From the human T2T-CHM13v2.0 reference genome, Homo sapiens, in the NCBI RefSeq assembly GCF_009914755.1, contig NC_060926.1: a stretch of 64,000 bases of DNA. One strand, written 5' to 3'. The position numbers were made by a program, and so were the translations under genes. Shown here one piece after another: positions 1-14,449 of the stretch (the stretch's first letter is position 1; each line of letters starts with the position of its first letter). The notes below the pieces were generated by a model, which was not told the DNA's origin, made no database searches, and was given only the letters and a program-made list of their open reading frames with translations.

Positions 1-945
1 CCCACAGAATGGGTAGGAATCCATGAATCAATATTGATATAAATAGATAAATGAATAAATTGTAGGAAGAAAAAGAAAAGTTCCTATACTAGAACACAAA
101 CTAATAAAGGTAAAAGAGGCGATGAGACTAGAAAATCACCGTTTGACTCCCAGTGAAGTAATAAATGTTGCAGGCAAGAAGTATCAGTGGATGCTAAAAT
201 TTGGGACTAAACATCTGATGAGAAATTGGATATTTACACAGAAACAAAGTACCTCCACAAGACACCTATTATTTACAAATGGAGAGCAATAAATTCTCAA
301 TGGACAAATCTAACACACCCCGTCACAACTAAGTGATAAAGTCATATACACTGTGAAGAATTCAACATTACTTCCATTACCCCCCTGCCAACCCCCTGAA
401 CCCAATCTTACGGAAATGTTGAACAAATCCAAATGGAAGGGCATTGCTTAAACTTCCAAAGTATAAAGGTCAGAAAGACTGAGAAAGAATAAAGATCTGC
501 TCCAGATTAAAGGACATTAATGAGACCAATCTCATTATCCTGGATCAGTTCCCGGGCACTCATTTACTTTTAGTTTGATATAAAGTACAATAGTTTACAA
601 TTGTGAAAATATGAGTAATGTCTCTAGATTATAAAATAGTATTGTATAAATGTCAATTTTCTGATTTTGATAACTGTCCTGTGGATAAGAGAACCTCTTA
701 CTTTCTAGAAACCATACTCTGAAGTACGGAGACATCATGTCTACATTTTGCTATCAAACAGTTCAAAAGACAATAATTGTGTGTCTGTAAGAGAAAAAGA
801 TAGAAATATACACATACATATAGAATATAAATGATAAAGTAAATAAATATTGGGGGGAAATGGGAAAAAGAAACCTATGTATATTGAAATATTTTATAAT
901 AATTTTTCAACTTCTTTTGTTAAAATTATTTCATAATAAAAAGCT
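1..945 (+). mobile_element. Old L1 (L1MC/L1ME-type) 3' region, degraded
   Basis: Resembles remembered L1M 3'UTR motifs (aaatccaaatggaagggcatt; tgtcaattttctgattttgataactgt; terminal tttcaacttcttttg...ttatttcataataaaaag). Boundaries approximate. Confidence 0.6.
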
Positions 946-1568
946 AAAAGGAATATCAATGAAGACGTGTCCTTGGCTCCATCTTAATTTAAGTGAAAAA
1001 GATGAAGATTTTCATGAGCATATACAGTTGACTAAGCAATGTTCATATCCTGAAGAGTAAATTTAAGATATATTCAAAAGACCTGTTTGTGATCAAAATC
1101 CACCCTCTCATGCTGGCTGGATCAATCTATTTTAGTGACATGTGACAAATTCTACTCTGACCGTCCTGGAGCACACATGTGTGTGGCAAGAAGAGGGCTG
1201 AGGGAGGAGGAGGAGAGTGTATCCAGGGATTTAACTGGAAAATACACCAGGTTAAAAATAGTACCTTTGGCAATAAAATCTGTGACCACTCAAAAGCTTT
1301 CAATGTCATATTCTACCTTCTCTTTACAAAATAGAACCCAATGCATGATGTGAAAGTAATTTTTAATGACTAGTCCCGTTACATTTTCATATTCTTAACA
1401 TAATCTTGGAACCACAGATTTTCTGCTATTACCTAATGAGCTGATCCAAGGAAATACTGTGACAATTTGACAATATTGTTACTATTCATCTCCATATTAG
1501 AGTTATTACATTGAAAAAAATCCTACAGGAGTTTCCTATTAGATTTTTTTCTTTTTTTTAATTTTTTT

Positions 1569-1625
1569 TGAGAGAGAGAGAGAAAGGGGGTAGCGCAGAA
1601 AGAGAGAGAGAGGAGAAAGGGAGAA
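1569..1625. repeat. GA-rich low-complexity tract
   Basis: (GA)n runs read directly. Confidence 0.8.
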
Positions 1626-1629
1626 ATTT

Positions 1630-1924
1630 TTTTTTTTTTTTGAGATGGAGTCTTGTTCTGTCTCCCAGGCTGAAGTGCAGTGGAGCGATCTTGGATCACT
1701 GCCACCTCCAATTCCTGGGTTCAAGCGATTCTCCTGCCTCAGCCTCCAGAGTAGCTGTGATTACAGGGGCTTGCCACCAAGCTCGGCTAATTTTTGTATT
1801 TTTAGTAGGGACGAGGTTTTGCCATGTTGGCCAGGCTGATCTCAAACTCCTAACCTCAGGTGATCCACCTGCCTCGGCCTCCCAAAGTGCTGAGATTACA
1901 GGTGTGAGCCACCATGCCTAGCTG
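1630..1924 (-). mobile_element. Alu, AluS (Sx/Sz-like), full length
   Basis: Poly-T followed by reverse-complement Alu dimer; GAGAAATTT on both flanks (1621 and 1925) as target-site duplication. Confidence 0.95.
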
Positions 1925-3525
1925 AGAAATTTCTTTTTTAAGAAGGGAGAATGATATCAAATATTTAGAAATACAGAAGAAAGTACTGATAATATAGAGG
2001 CTTATGGATTGTAATTTTGAATGGTGTCTAGTTAAAGTCATTGCCAAGAAGTGTATTCTTAAGAGAAGAAAAAAAAAGAAGCTTTTCTCTTCTTTAATGT
2101 TTGGAAAACAAGAATAAAGAGCGAAGCGGACTCAGGATATTTTGAGACGAACGGCTACTTCAGCAAGCACATTTATTTTTAGTGAGAGTGTACTTGCACT
2201 GGTGCAAAAGTTTCAAATCATGATGGATTAAGGAAAAGCATGAAGCTCTTTCATTATTTTTCAAGAAGCACCTTCTCAGTGGTCCAGGGAGCAGTCTTAT
2301 TTTCTTATTTTAGGACACAGCAGCACATTACTAGCAGGGCAAAGCAGGCAATCACTGTCTAGTAGACAGATTCAGAACTGCTTCCTTCTGATTCATTCAG
2401 AAGGAGAGAGCCATGCCTGGCCAGCCATGGAAGCCATCGGCTTAGGTAAGCAGAAAATGCATCTTGGCAATGCCCGGGGCAGACCTGTGAACCACATTAG
2501 AAGAAATGGCTCTGTGGCCAGCCAAGGAAGAGCAAGGACACATCCAGCTCAAATCCTTTGAAGTCCTTTAAAAGATGATTATCTGAATTCTCTGGGCCCC
2601 TTCCATATTTCAGGACCTTGTATGTGTAAAGCAAAGATACAGAAACCGTGACTCACAGATTTAAACCAGGAAAGCAGATCTCTTTTTAAAGAGAACTTTA
2701 TTTTTATTGTTTTAGGAAATGTCTCTTTATGATGAATGTCCTTGTAAACTCTGGATTTTCCATGTGGCTGTTTGCATATTGACTTTTTCGACTGTGCTTT
2801 TCCCAAAACCCTTCTGTTGGGCTGGTGTACCTGGGTGTTCCTGCTTTCCCCCATCACCTGACGCATGAGGATGCTGAGATGCTTGTGTGAGAAGATCTAC
2901 CAGGACTTAAAGGGCAATCTATATCCTGCAGGAATACAGAGGCGGATCATTGACAGAGCTGGTGCTGAGTTAGCTCCTCTCTGCCCATCCCACCAAGAAA
3001 AAGGTAGGACCTGCACTCCACCACCACCTGGCCCCTCTCCCCTGCTTCCCCGACAAATGCTCTCCCTCACTATCCTAGTTGAGAGACAGCCCTGCATGTC
3101 CCTCTCCTTCCTATCTTAGAGACAGTTCCAAATGTCCCTCCATTATTGCCAGCTCTCAAACTCTACACTAGTGATTTGATACTGAATCTAAGTTGGAAAG
3201 TCAAACTTGATTTCCCTGTAACACCAAGTTCTACAATGGACAATAATGAAGATAAGTCTTTGTGCTCATCATTTCCTGAGGAAATGGCCATCACAGCCTC
3301 GCACTGCCTCTTGGACTCAGGACTGCTTTATGCTTCTTGCCAGGCCCCTCCATTTTGCTTTGTGTATGACTGTCTAGGAATTCACAGTAACAGCCCATGC
3401 TAAAGTGTAAATTCCTAGAATGTAGAGATGTGAGTCATAGTAATAGCATGCCACACACTGCTTGAGCCCAATAAAGACTAACAAATAAAAAATAAATTAA
3501 TTCTCCTTAACGTCCAACATTTTAA

Positions 3526-3891
<366 letters not shown>

Positions 3892-4964
3892 TAGAGAGTT
3901 TATTTTTCTTTTGGATGTTGGTCTATTGGTGAATAAGTGATAATAGTTGATTAATAATAATTTCAATTAATAAAGTGAATGACTGATATCCTAATAAACA
4001 TAATAAAGATGTCCATGTAACCTAAAATGTGGCCAACCTGATACTTATGCTCTTTCCTAAGTTAATTTTCCTTAATGATTGGTTCAAATGAACAGGAGCT
4101 GCTGGTGGCTTGACTTGTGTCCATGGTTCTGTTCCTTTGTTCAAGGTTTCTGGGCTGTCAGGTCTCTACTATCACAGGTGGCAGTGATGTCTTATTTTAC
4201 TTGGGAAGTGCTTTGCACAAAACTTGTGAACATTCTCAGAAAGTAACAGTGAGCAGTGCCTTGCATGGGCTATACAACAAAACAGAGTTTGGGGTGGGAG
4301 TGAATTGATGAGGAAACCTTTCTTTTGTGAACACACCGATGAATTTCAGGAGACTTCAATCAACAGCAAATGTCTCAAGCCAAGGTGCTGCATTGCCTGC
4401 CCAGCACACTGTCACGGAGCGTGCCCTTCTGGGCCACTCCCACAGCCTTCTCTGTCAGTCACTGTTGCTGTGTCTTGTCAAGAGCAGAGAGCCCTTGCCT
4501 GGTCACTTAACATGCTTTGATTTGGCAGTCACAGAATAGGTTGCAATTGCTGAGGCTCACTCTGTGACAGGAAGGCCTCCGCTGCCTGCCTTAAGTGCCA
4601 CAGCCCAAATTAAACTTGACATAGCCCATCTCTGACCACCATCGTTCTGCCCCTGGCTGGTAGCAATTCAATCAGGACCTAAAGGAAAAAATGGCTTTTG
4701 CAGCGTCTCACATATTCCATCAACGAGCCCACCGACTCTGCTGGGAACCATGCTGCAATAAGGCAATATTTCCTCATCTTTAACTAGTAGATTGTATTAA
4801 AAAAATAAACAAGATGAAAGAATGCTACATTTTCTCAGCAAAGCTTAGTCCTATAAATAATACGCAGACATACACATATAACTAACTTCCTAAACATCTT
4901 TTCCTCCAAGGTTTTCTTGTTTTGTTTTGGTAAATGCTGAAACTTCAGCATCCCTAAATTAGGA

Positions 4965-4967
<3 letters not shown>

Positions 4968-5006
<39 letters not shown>

Positions 5007-5019
5007 GTGTGTGTGTGTG
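4968..5019. repeat. (TG)n microsatellite
   Basis: About 25 TG units with one CG interruption. Confidence 0.97.
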
Positions 5020-6199
5020 AGTCAGGAGGGGGGAACCAAAAAACGCACTTTGTGGTAAAAAAAATTTAAAACATGCCTCAAACAGCTTTTCTTTTTGGAG
5101 AGGTATATAGAGGAAAAATTAATAAACTTGGCTAGATCTTACGGTGAAAAATCTTAAGTTCTTTCTTAGTTTACCTTAATTTCTTTCAGAAAAAGTAAAA
5201 AAAAAATTATATAATTTAAGCCCTAGATAATGAAAAACTATCCCTAAATGAATTAAATTCACCCCTACCCACAATCAGCTTCCAAAAGCAGACAGGTGAG
5301 GTTTTTATTCTTCAGACTAGAACCCTAGATTCAAAGAGGAACCCAAACAGTCACTCCAAACAACTTGATCTCGCTGTTAGATTTTGGTTTAGACAAAAAT
5401 TACAATTTGACGATACCATCTTGCTTTCAAAATGCATAGAAAATCCCAGCAATTTAAACTCAATGTTCTACAATCCAACGGTCTACTCGTTCTTGACTGC
5501 ACATGAACCTTCAATCTCCCAAAACCCCCAGCCTGTGCTTATAAAAATTGAATCACTCTCAGTTTATGTACATGCAAATAATGTGGCAAGATCTCCTACC
5601 ATCTTGATAGCTGCAAAATAGCTCCCAATAAAAGAATAGGCAGTTAATTCAGGGTGTCTCCAAGGAAATGTCCTCTATGGCCCCACAAAGCCTGTAGTCA
5701 CCATTTAACACCACCATGTTCTTCCTCCCCAGTCCTGTCTGCCGCTGCTCATGCATTTCGGAGCAGCATCACATCCATGAGGGTAACACCAATGTTCATG
5801 CCGAGGATACAGACCCTGCTGTCAACCATTGGCCTTCCAGAACCATGCAGAGTTAGAATCAACCCCGGAAAGGGCTCCTGCCCAGGTTCCCTTGAGATGA
5901 TCCTTCCATCTGGCCCCCACCCTGCTAGCAAAAGGAATTTACACCCAGGCCAAAGGTCTGGACAGAAAGCCTAGTTCAGCCAGGTATAGATGGTCTTTTG
6001 GTCCCACAGTAAGATTGAAACAAAACAAAAACATAATCCACTGGAAGCCAATATCACACTAAGTAATGATCTAATTAGAAAACAAAGGAATAAAAACAAA
6101 ATAAAAGTTAAAGAAAGTTTTATGTCACCAGGTAGTTATATTATAATGAATTTATAGGACTTCTATTTATTTTATGGATCTCATCCAAAATATAAAGAT

Positions 6200-6400
6200 A
6201 ATAATAACATTTAGCATTTATTGAGTGCTATTAGGCACTGTTTTATATGCCTAATGTATGAAGTCATTAAATTCTCACAGTAGCCTTGGAAAATAAGGAC
6301 TGTTATACCCAATTATACACCAGTTTAGGAAATGAAGAACAGAGAGGTTAAGTCATTTGTCCGGTGATACACAGGCAGTTCGGAATCAAAGCTCTTACCC
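6200..6400 (-). mobile_element. MIR SINE
   Basis: catttattgagtgct...aggcactg...gaaatgaagaacagagaggttaagtcatttgtcc matches the reverse MIR core. Confidence 0.75.
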
Positions 6401-7639
6401 AACTCTCACAACACCTCTTAGAAACAAAATGGGATCTGAATTCAGACACTCTCCCTCTGAGCCCAAGAGCCTGAACAAAGGTTTTTGAATGGCTTGGCTT
6501 TAAGAAGCTGTTCTACATCTTGGTGTAAGATCTCAGCCAGAGATGCTGCAATCACAAAAGAAGAAAAGCAGGAGAGTCTTCATAGTAAGACTGCTGACGT
6601 GAAGAAACCAAGATGTCCCTTTATGACAATATACTGTCACTTCCACAGATTTTGCTTTTTAGGGTGAGCCTCAGAGTGGCAGATGATTTCTTGATACATT
6701 CTACTCATCATACCAAGAGTTATTTTCTAACTCTGAGACAGTTTGTTGGGTGTGACTAAATCAGTTACAACAGCATGGTATAGGATCTAGTGATTTTCCC
6801 CTCATTCTAAAATCCCTCTGAATTGGCTTAAGTCACAGATGTTCTCCTAACTCAGGAACCCCCTTTAAAGCAGCACTGTCTCAGCCTTTTTTACTACCTA
6901 CCAAGCTTGATCACCCCATTGTTCCCATCCACATTGTGCCAATCTGCACTGCAGCCCTCACTCCCTAAAAACATTAACAAAATGCTGCACTTGGCCCAGG
7001 AGGAGGGAATCCTCTGGAGGGTCTCTCGATTGCAAAGGGGACTTGAATTCCCTTCTGTGCTGGCATTTATTTTTGCTCTCACAAATCCCTCTCCTTGGTA
7101 GAGGAAAGAGAAAAAGCAAAATTTGCAAGTGGAAGGTGCTGGCTAGAGCGAAGGACCAGCCCAAAATTTGGTTCTTAAAACTCCACTCAGGGGCACTAAC
7201 CATGGCAGGAAGGGACTGAAATTCCATCAGCTCCATGTAGGCTGCAGCTCTGGTGGGGTAGAAGTCAAAAGGAAGGGCAGACAGCAGCGGCTAGTAATGT
7301 ATGTTACAATGATAATATGTGCTTAATTTTTTAACTTTTCTAAATGTAAAATTTTACTTTGTGCCTTGTTTTTCTAATTTAATATGTAAAATGTATTAAA
7401 GTTTCCCAGACTCGAGTTTATGGATTCCTTCCAGTTTTTAAAGTAACAGTATTTTGGGTGTTACGCAAAATCAATATTGCAATAGAGGGTGCTGTGATTT
7501 TGCTGGGGTTTGGCAATCACCACAGGACCTGAGAAATTAAATGCAAACTTGATTGTATATTTGCATTTTTCTAAGAGAGGATTCATCACTTTCATCAGAT
7601 TCTCAAAGGGATTAGCAATGCAAAAGAAGAGAGGAGACA

Positions 7640-8100
7640 CTGCCGATAGTAAATTCCTAGAAGTGGAGCTGTGGTAGAGATGACTATGGGCATCTTTAAG
7701 ATTTTGATGTATATATTAAATTCTCTTTCAGAAATAATTTTCCCATCTTTCTTTCCAATAGCTACATAGGAGACTCCCCCGACATACCAGATGTTTTTCA
7801 ATAATGATGATCATCACTTTATCATCTTTGCTAATTTGACAGATGAAAAATGGTATCCTGTTATTTTTTGATTGCTAGTAAGATTATATTTTTTTCACAT
7901 GTATGTTGGCAATCTGTATTTCTTCTTTGGTAAATGACTTGTTCAATTTCTCTGACCCTCTTTGTTTCCACAGAGGGTGGTTTATCTTCTTTCTAATATT
8001 TATAGTTCACTTTGTTTTATACCACACTCCATTGGCCAGAATGTCTAGAACAATGATAAATAAATAATATGGGGTGGTAATGACAATCCTGGTCGGTAGC
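7640..8100 (-). mobile_element. Old L1M fragment
   Basis: gtaaattcctagaagtgga; tttgctaatttgacagatgaaaaatggtatc; tgttggcaatctgtatttcttc are typical of reverse L1 ORF2 3' end. Confidence 0.6.
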
Positions 8101-9961
8101 TGAATTTATTTGAAATGCAAGGCAATTCTAGAACATTAGAAACATACCATGAGCAATTGTAAGCACCCAAATACATTTTACCAACTTGCATATCACCTAG
8201 TAATTTATTAGTAGTAGCTCAGATAATTGATAACCAAGAGCTTAATATAAGATGATATGAGACGTGTTCTCATTTCTATCCCAAGTTTCACAGCTCAGAA
8301 ATCTAGAGGTTAACCTCTTTGCACTCAGAAGACCATAAAAAACTTTCTCACTGTATTTATGCTGTTTTGAAATTCAATCAGAGGGGTAAAATCAGGAAAA
8401 GTCATCGACACAGAACACACATAACTCTGGAAAAACTGTGCTGCATTACAGTGTCATGATATTGAGCTGCCTTTTCCCAGAAGCATCCAACTCTTTTATA
8501 ACCAGTTTAGTTTACACACCAAGATATATATACATATATACACACACGCATAGAAGTATTTATATATACACATTTATATCTACATGTACACACCTACGTA
8601 TAATTAACCTCAGGCAGTCAAAATTTCTATAAACGTTAATTATAACAGAGGAAAAATATGAAAAAATGTCCAAATAATAAGTCATTTGTCTGTAGAACTT
8701 TTCCTAAATGACAGCTCCCAATTCTTTAGGTTATCTTTCTGCGAATCTCAACAGAAGCACAATCCCTGGGGCAAGACAAGAGACTCTAAAATCTTAGCCA
8801 ACCATACAAAAGGCCCGCAGCTGTATCTGTACAATCCCCCATTAGAGCGTGTGGTCATTAGTTCCGCTTCTCTCTCACATATCACAATGCAAAATGAGGG
8901 CCATGACTGATGAAAACCATGGAGATGGCTCTGGCTGTCAAAATGTATAGCCTCTCCAGCAGAGCTCTAGTGCTCTGCCCATCCTAAATCAAGGGCTCAG
9001 GACTGCTGCAGCAACAAACCCCTTGTTCTGTGGTGAAACAGACGCTACACATCTGGAGAGTGTTTTCGATTATACTGAATTGAGTCATGGGTCCTTAACA
9101 ATATTTCTTTCCTAAAAAGTCTTTCTTCCCAAATGTTTACATGATTAGTATACTCTCAGTTCACAGCATGGTAGCTGCCAAATAATGGTGGATTGGGAAG
9201 AGTCCCATGAAGCTGCGGCCACTCTACCTAGTACAGTGTATATACCGGTGTGTACATGCAATAGACTTGCACAGGACTCCCACAGACACATACTTGTCCT
9301 GCCATTAGCCATCTGGTCACTGAGTGTCCCTTCTCAAGCTCTGGGGGTAGCTCAGATGGAAGTCACTGTAGGCCTTCTAGTAAATAAGCCATGATACCCT
9401 ACTGTCTTGGGAGTGGCATAAAGGTCATATGCCAAACAAAACCAAAACAAAAACAACAAGAACAAAATCATATGGTTAAAAGCCAATCACTGCTCTTCAA
9501 ATGATATGCCTTTTATGTATCTCCTAATATTTTCTATGAAGAAAATAGCTATTTGCTATCCATAATACGCCAGCAATGCATACAATGAAAGAGAAAAGCT
9601 TAACAGAACTTAGGCAGGAAGGTCAGTTGAAAAGGTGATATGAATCTAGTCTGAATTCCGAATTTCTTTTAGGATTCTCTACATGTACTCTCAATGATCA
9701 CCATAACTCCTGGGCTCTGTAGGAATTCTAGTCTCACTCCATGACTATTTCAGGTGTGAAGCCCTGTACCTTTCCATTTTCCTACTGCATGGAGGAAATT
9801 AACGCAAATTCTCCAGAGAATTTTATTAGAAGAAAAGGAACACAAAGGTAAACAAATAGAAAAATTTAATCTACTAAAACAGATAAATATGCAAAAAAAG
9901 CTTTTGGATCCTAAGATATCTGATTGTTATTATCATGTGAATTATGGTCTTTTCTATTTTA

Positions 9962-10247
9962 ATTTTTTGAGACAGGGTCTTACTCTGTTGCCCCGGCTGT
10001 AGTGCAGTGAGGTGATCTCAGCTCACTGCAGCCTCTGCCTCCCCGGTACAAGCAGTTCTTCTGCCTCAGCCTCCCAAGTAGCTAGGATTACAGGCATGTG
10101 CCACCACCCCTGGCTAATTTTTGTATTTTTCGTAGAGACAGGGTTTCACCATGTTGCCCAGGCTGGTCTCGAACTCCAGAGCCCCAGCGATCTGCTTGCC
10201 TCGGCCTCCCAAAATGCTGGGGTTATGGGCATGAGCCACCACACCAT
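9962..10247 (-). mobile_element. AluJ
   Basis: gagacagggtcttactct and ctcactgcagcctc are AluJ-type; TSD-like atggtctttt / atggactttt. Confidence 0.9.
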
Positions 10248-11974
10248 GGACTTTTTAAAGCTAACAGTCCATTACCATTACATAACAAAGTAACAATACC
10301 TAAGGTGTAAGTGTGTTGCAGGGAACAAACTTAATGAGGTAACATGCATAAAAAGTCAGCATCACGTCTGCCTCATTGTAAAGTCTGCAAACTGTTGTGC
10401 CCCAGCTTGTCAGTCCAACTTGGATTCTTTTTCAGCTCCCAATTCTCTTTCTCCCTGCCTTGTGGTAGGTAACACATTCTTCCTATAACATTGGCCTAAA
10501 TTCTTCACATCCTGTCTAAAGCCAGACCTAGACTAAATATCTCCCTTTAGAAAAGTCCCAGCTGCCTAGTATCCAGGTCAGGATGTCCTTTGGTCCCCAG
10601 CTCAACTGAAGAACAGGGAAATGTGTGGGCTCTGGGGCTGACAGACACTCAGAATGTCCTGGCTCAGGCTTTCATTGCTGGTCCTATCCAGGGGACATTG
10701 GATAGTTGACGCCCTCCACTTCTCTATTTCCAAATTTTACTAAAGTGATTTAACAACGTTATAGTGCCAAAATATTCAATGACAGGAATAAACATAATTT
10801 ATATGTGAAGGCATTCTCATAATTCATATATGTGGACCCAAAGGTTACAACTGCCCAGAGGAAAGTACAAACTACAAATCATCTTCTTGAGGCCCCTGGG
10901 GAAAAAAAAATCCTATAGAATAAAATATACTATGAATGTTTGCACCAAATAAATTTCAGACTTCTTTATAATACTGGATATAGGGGGAAATTCTCCAATT
11001 AAATATTCTGTTTTAAAGATAGTTTAATTTTAACTAAGGTGTTTAGCAATAAAATTTCATAGTAAGTTTTTACTGCTCTAAAGAGCTGAAAGACCATTTC
11101 TACTGCTACCAAGGATCTTTCCACCTAACTGTTATTTTTGATGGGACTTGGCTTAGAGAGCTTTTTTTTTCAACAAATGGGGATCAATAAAATATTTGCT
11201 GCTTTTAAGACAGATTTATGTGTTGGTTTACTTTCTCCTCCAGAAGCCCTCATACATGAAATAAATTTACTTGGTAATCTGTTGTCTAATTTGACCGGTG
11301 GGAAATGTTCATTTCAAGCAGAAAGGAAAAAAAAATGGCCTGAAAACTACTGGAGGCAACTTGGCTTCTAGTTGACATGAGGAAAAAAGGTATTCAATAA
11401 CCATTTCAGGAGCTAGCTCACTGTGGATATTGATAGTGGACCAAGAATAATTAACATAAGCAGATTTTTACTTTGAGTCATTTGAAAGTTTCTTTTATAA
11501 GTAAGAATTTTTTAAATAAAAAGCTCCAACACTAAAACAAAGCTTTGTCTCAAATGACTTCTATTATTCTATATGTGCCATGTACAATTATTATGAAAGC
11601 TGTATTTAATAAGTAAATAATTTTGTGAGATTTTAGTCAATTGTAATTTACAGCAACAAAAGCCTGTGCCATAAGAACCTAATAGAACACATATAAACGT
11701 AACCACTTATAGGTAGAAGGCAGATTTCTATCAATTAAAATATATGTGAGGCATATAAATGTATGTAAATATGTAATACACGTGTCATATTTTGGCTGTA
11801 ATTATATTAATTCTTTTTTTTTCTTGACTGGACATTTCTCATACAACTGGGTTTCTTGAGTTTCTCGATTAGAGAAAACAGTTTCATTTGAATTCCACCA
11901 AAATGGGATTTTCAAGAACTATAAACTCAGAAACTATAAAGATGTTACACTGATTAGAGAATGAAAAACAAGAT

Positions 11975-12085
11975 TTGTTTATTCGAAAGCAAACATTTAC
12001 TGAGCACTTAAAATAAGCCAGAACTGTTATAGGCATGTGGAGACAGAAGCGAATAAAACAGACACAAATTTCTGTCTTCATGAAG
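11975..12085 (-). mobile_element. L2 3' end
   Basis: aaacatttactgagcactt...gccagaactgttataggc...aataaaacagacacaaa. Confidence 0.65.
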
Positions 12086-12729
12086 GAAGAGAAAAATCAT
12101 ATCCTCTCCTTTGCTGTAATCCAAGCTAGAACTTATGGCACCTGCCAACCCCAGGGGCTGCATGGGGCTTCAAGGAAGGTCTCCCCCAGCAAGCCCGAGG
12201 AACAGCCTCAGTTTCCCTCTCTTGGCCTGCATGGAGTTCCCAACTCACTTCACTTTGGACTGAGAGAAGTTAACTTTTTGCTTTCCAAACTGGTCTATCG
12301 TTTTTGGACACAATATAAAATGTAATTTTGTGGTTTATAGTTACTCGAACAGTTGCTCTGAAGGGGCTTAATGATAAAATATCAAATGATTTTCTGCTCC
12401 CATTAAGTACATTCTTTCTAAAATGAAACCCAGCAATCAGGGAGAGCCCAATCAGTCAAGACAGAGTCATGACCAACGTTTTGGGATCTCCTGGGGGCAG
12501 GTTTTAGAATTAAGATTCAGGTAAGTGCTTTTAATCTTAGAGAACAACTTTAAGAAATGAAAATTTTCCCTGTCTCTCCTCATTTATTCAATTCTTGTTC
12601 TAATCACACAAATGGATGGTATCCAAAGACTGGATCATTACAGAGTGGGAAGTATATAACAGGTGGCTTTTATATGCTCATAATGCTATTAGGCAGGGTG
12701 GGATATTAAAAGAAAAAGAGCTTGCAATC

Positions 12730-13130
12730 AAATTGAAATCAGCAAACACAAAGTGAACCCCAATAATGCAAGAAAGCAGGTAATTAAGTGATGATTTGCT
12801 CAGTACAACTGATACACCCATCAGGGGATCAGAAAAGACCAGGCTTAATAAGGCAGAATAACCTTTTCAACAAAGGAGAGATCTGCGTAAAGCTTGGCTG
12901 AAGGAAGAATTGTGCAAATGTAGAGTGGAGAAGCCCGTCTGACTGGAGTAGGGTTTGTGTTTTGAGGAGAAGTGGCATGTGATGCTGACAATGGAAGTGA
13001 TTACCAAAGGACCAGATGACTGGGAAGACTTTACACTAGGTAGAATCTATGATGGAAAGCCAAGGAACATTTGGTGGGAATGAGTCAAATGTTGAAAGCA
13101 GTGTTTATACAAGTTTATTTTGGTGGTGGT
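12730..13130 (-). mobile_element. Degraded L2
   Basis: Purine-rich, L2-like on the minus strand; weak similarity. Confidence 0.4.
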
Positions 13131-13311
13131 GGTGGTCAAAGTCAACCGCAATGTGACCAGCCAGTCACAGGGAAAAATGTTACGTTGTGTTTCCATATAA
13201 TATGGTACATTGTCTAGACCCTAGAGAACCCCTCCAGGTTATCTGATTGTGGTTATAAGGGAGTATTTTACAACTGCTGCAATTCCATAAGCTCTAGGTA
13301 AATGACAGTAA

Positions 13312-13316
<5 letters not shown>

Positions 13317-13342
<26 letters not shown>

Positions 13343-13354
13343 GGGGGGGGGGGG
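13317..13354. repeat. (TG)n running into a poly-G tract
   Basis: About 12 TG units then G13. Confidence 0.95.
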
Positions 13355-14449
13355 TCTGGTTTTACTCAATTTGTACATTCATTTCAATATTCCCGACCTA
13401 TCAGTGAATCTGCTTTTTGGATTTTCCTTGAGAATTTGTTACAGCATCTGCTTGGCTCCCTCATGGATTGGTAAGTATTAACAGAAAAAATTACTAACTC
13501 TTGTTCATTTCATATCTGTATAAAAGTCAGGATTTTGTCTTTTTCTGAAAGTTACTGTCTTTTAACACAAGCTAGAAGATAAAGTCAAGTCATGGTGCAG
13601 ACATGAGTACCTCAACAGAGGTCAGCATCCGTGCAAATGAAGAGGAGAGAGAACACCAGATTCTTCAAATAAAATGATGGACAAGACATGGTGACTGACT
13701 AGGTACTCTGAATTCGTCCATTGTGGTCTCAACACCTGCCATTCATCATTGGTGCTCACACTCTCAAAGTTTACAGATCCTTCAATAACAGGTGAAACAT
13801 GCATGGGTGCCTGATGCAAGAAGAGATGTGAAGCAACTCAAGCAACTTAGGCTCCCTCGACATGGCCTCCTTTTGCAACCTTTCCTTCTCCTCATGGGCA
13901 GCTGACTTCCTACAATTTATTTCAAACACCAGCCTTTCTACCTGTGACTTCTCTCCTTGAACCTTCCCTGAGGCAGGCAGGGTGAGAAAAACAAGGGTAA
14001 TTTAGCATGTTTAAAAGGCTTTTCCTTTTGTCCCACCAAGCCACAATTTAAAGGAGAAAACTAAAAGATAAGCAGAGGAAAAAATACTGTCAGGAAAAAG
14101 ATAAAAAGTGGAGTTGCCTTGGGTATGTGCCCATTTGATTAATCTATATGTGGATAATTGGAAATTGATTCTGATTATAACTATGACTTTTCCCATTCAT
14201 AAAAGCCCCAGACATTTGTATCTTTTAAGTTCTCTGTATCTATAATATGTTTTTGGTTTGATACACTAAATACAGCATGTGTTAAATTGAAGATAACATT
14301 ATACTCATATTTAAGCAAACAAACTTACAAAGATATCTACCAATTTTGCTGTGTAAAGCAGGATAAAGCCTGAGAATATGGCCATAAAGGCTGGATTTGA
14401 ACATTCTTCGGCATACAGCCTGACTTCAATAAAATAACTCATTTCTAGT

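Noticed and set aside
1523-2047. ORFs of 60-117 aa here, and similar ones at 3610, 10012, 15753, 51652 and 62145
   Set aside because: They translate Alu sequence (e.g. [27 protein letters not shown]); not genes.
13611-13810. Minus-strand exon candidate with a good acceptor (ctcttcttgcatcag)
   Set aside because: Donor GAG|GTACTC is weak and the listed frame stops inside the segment.
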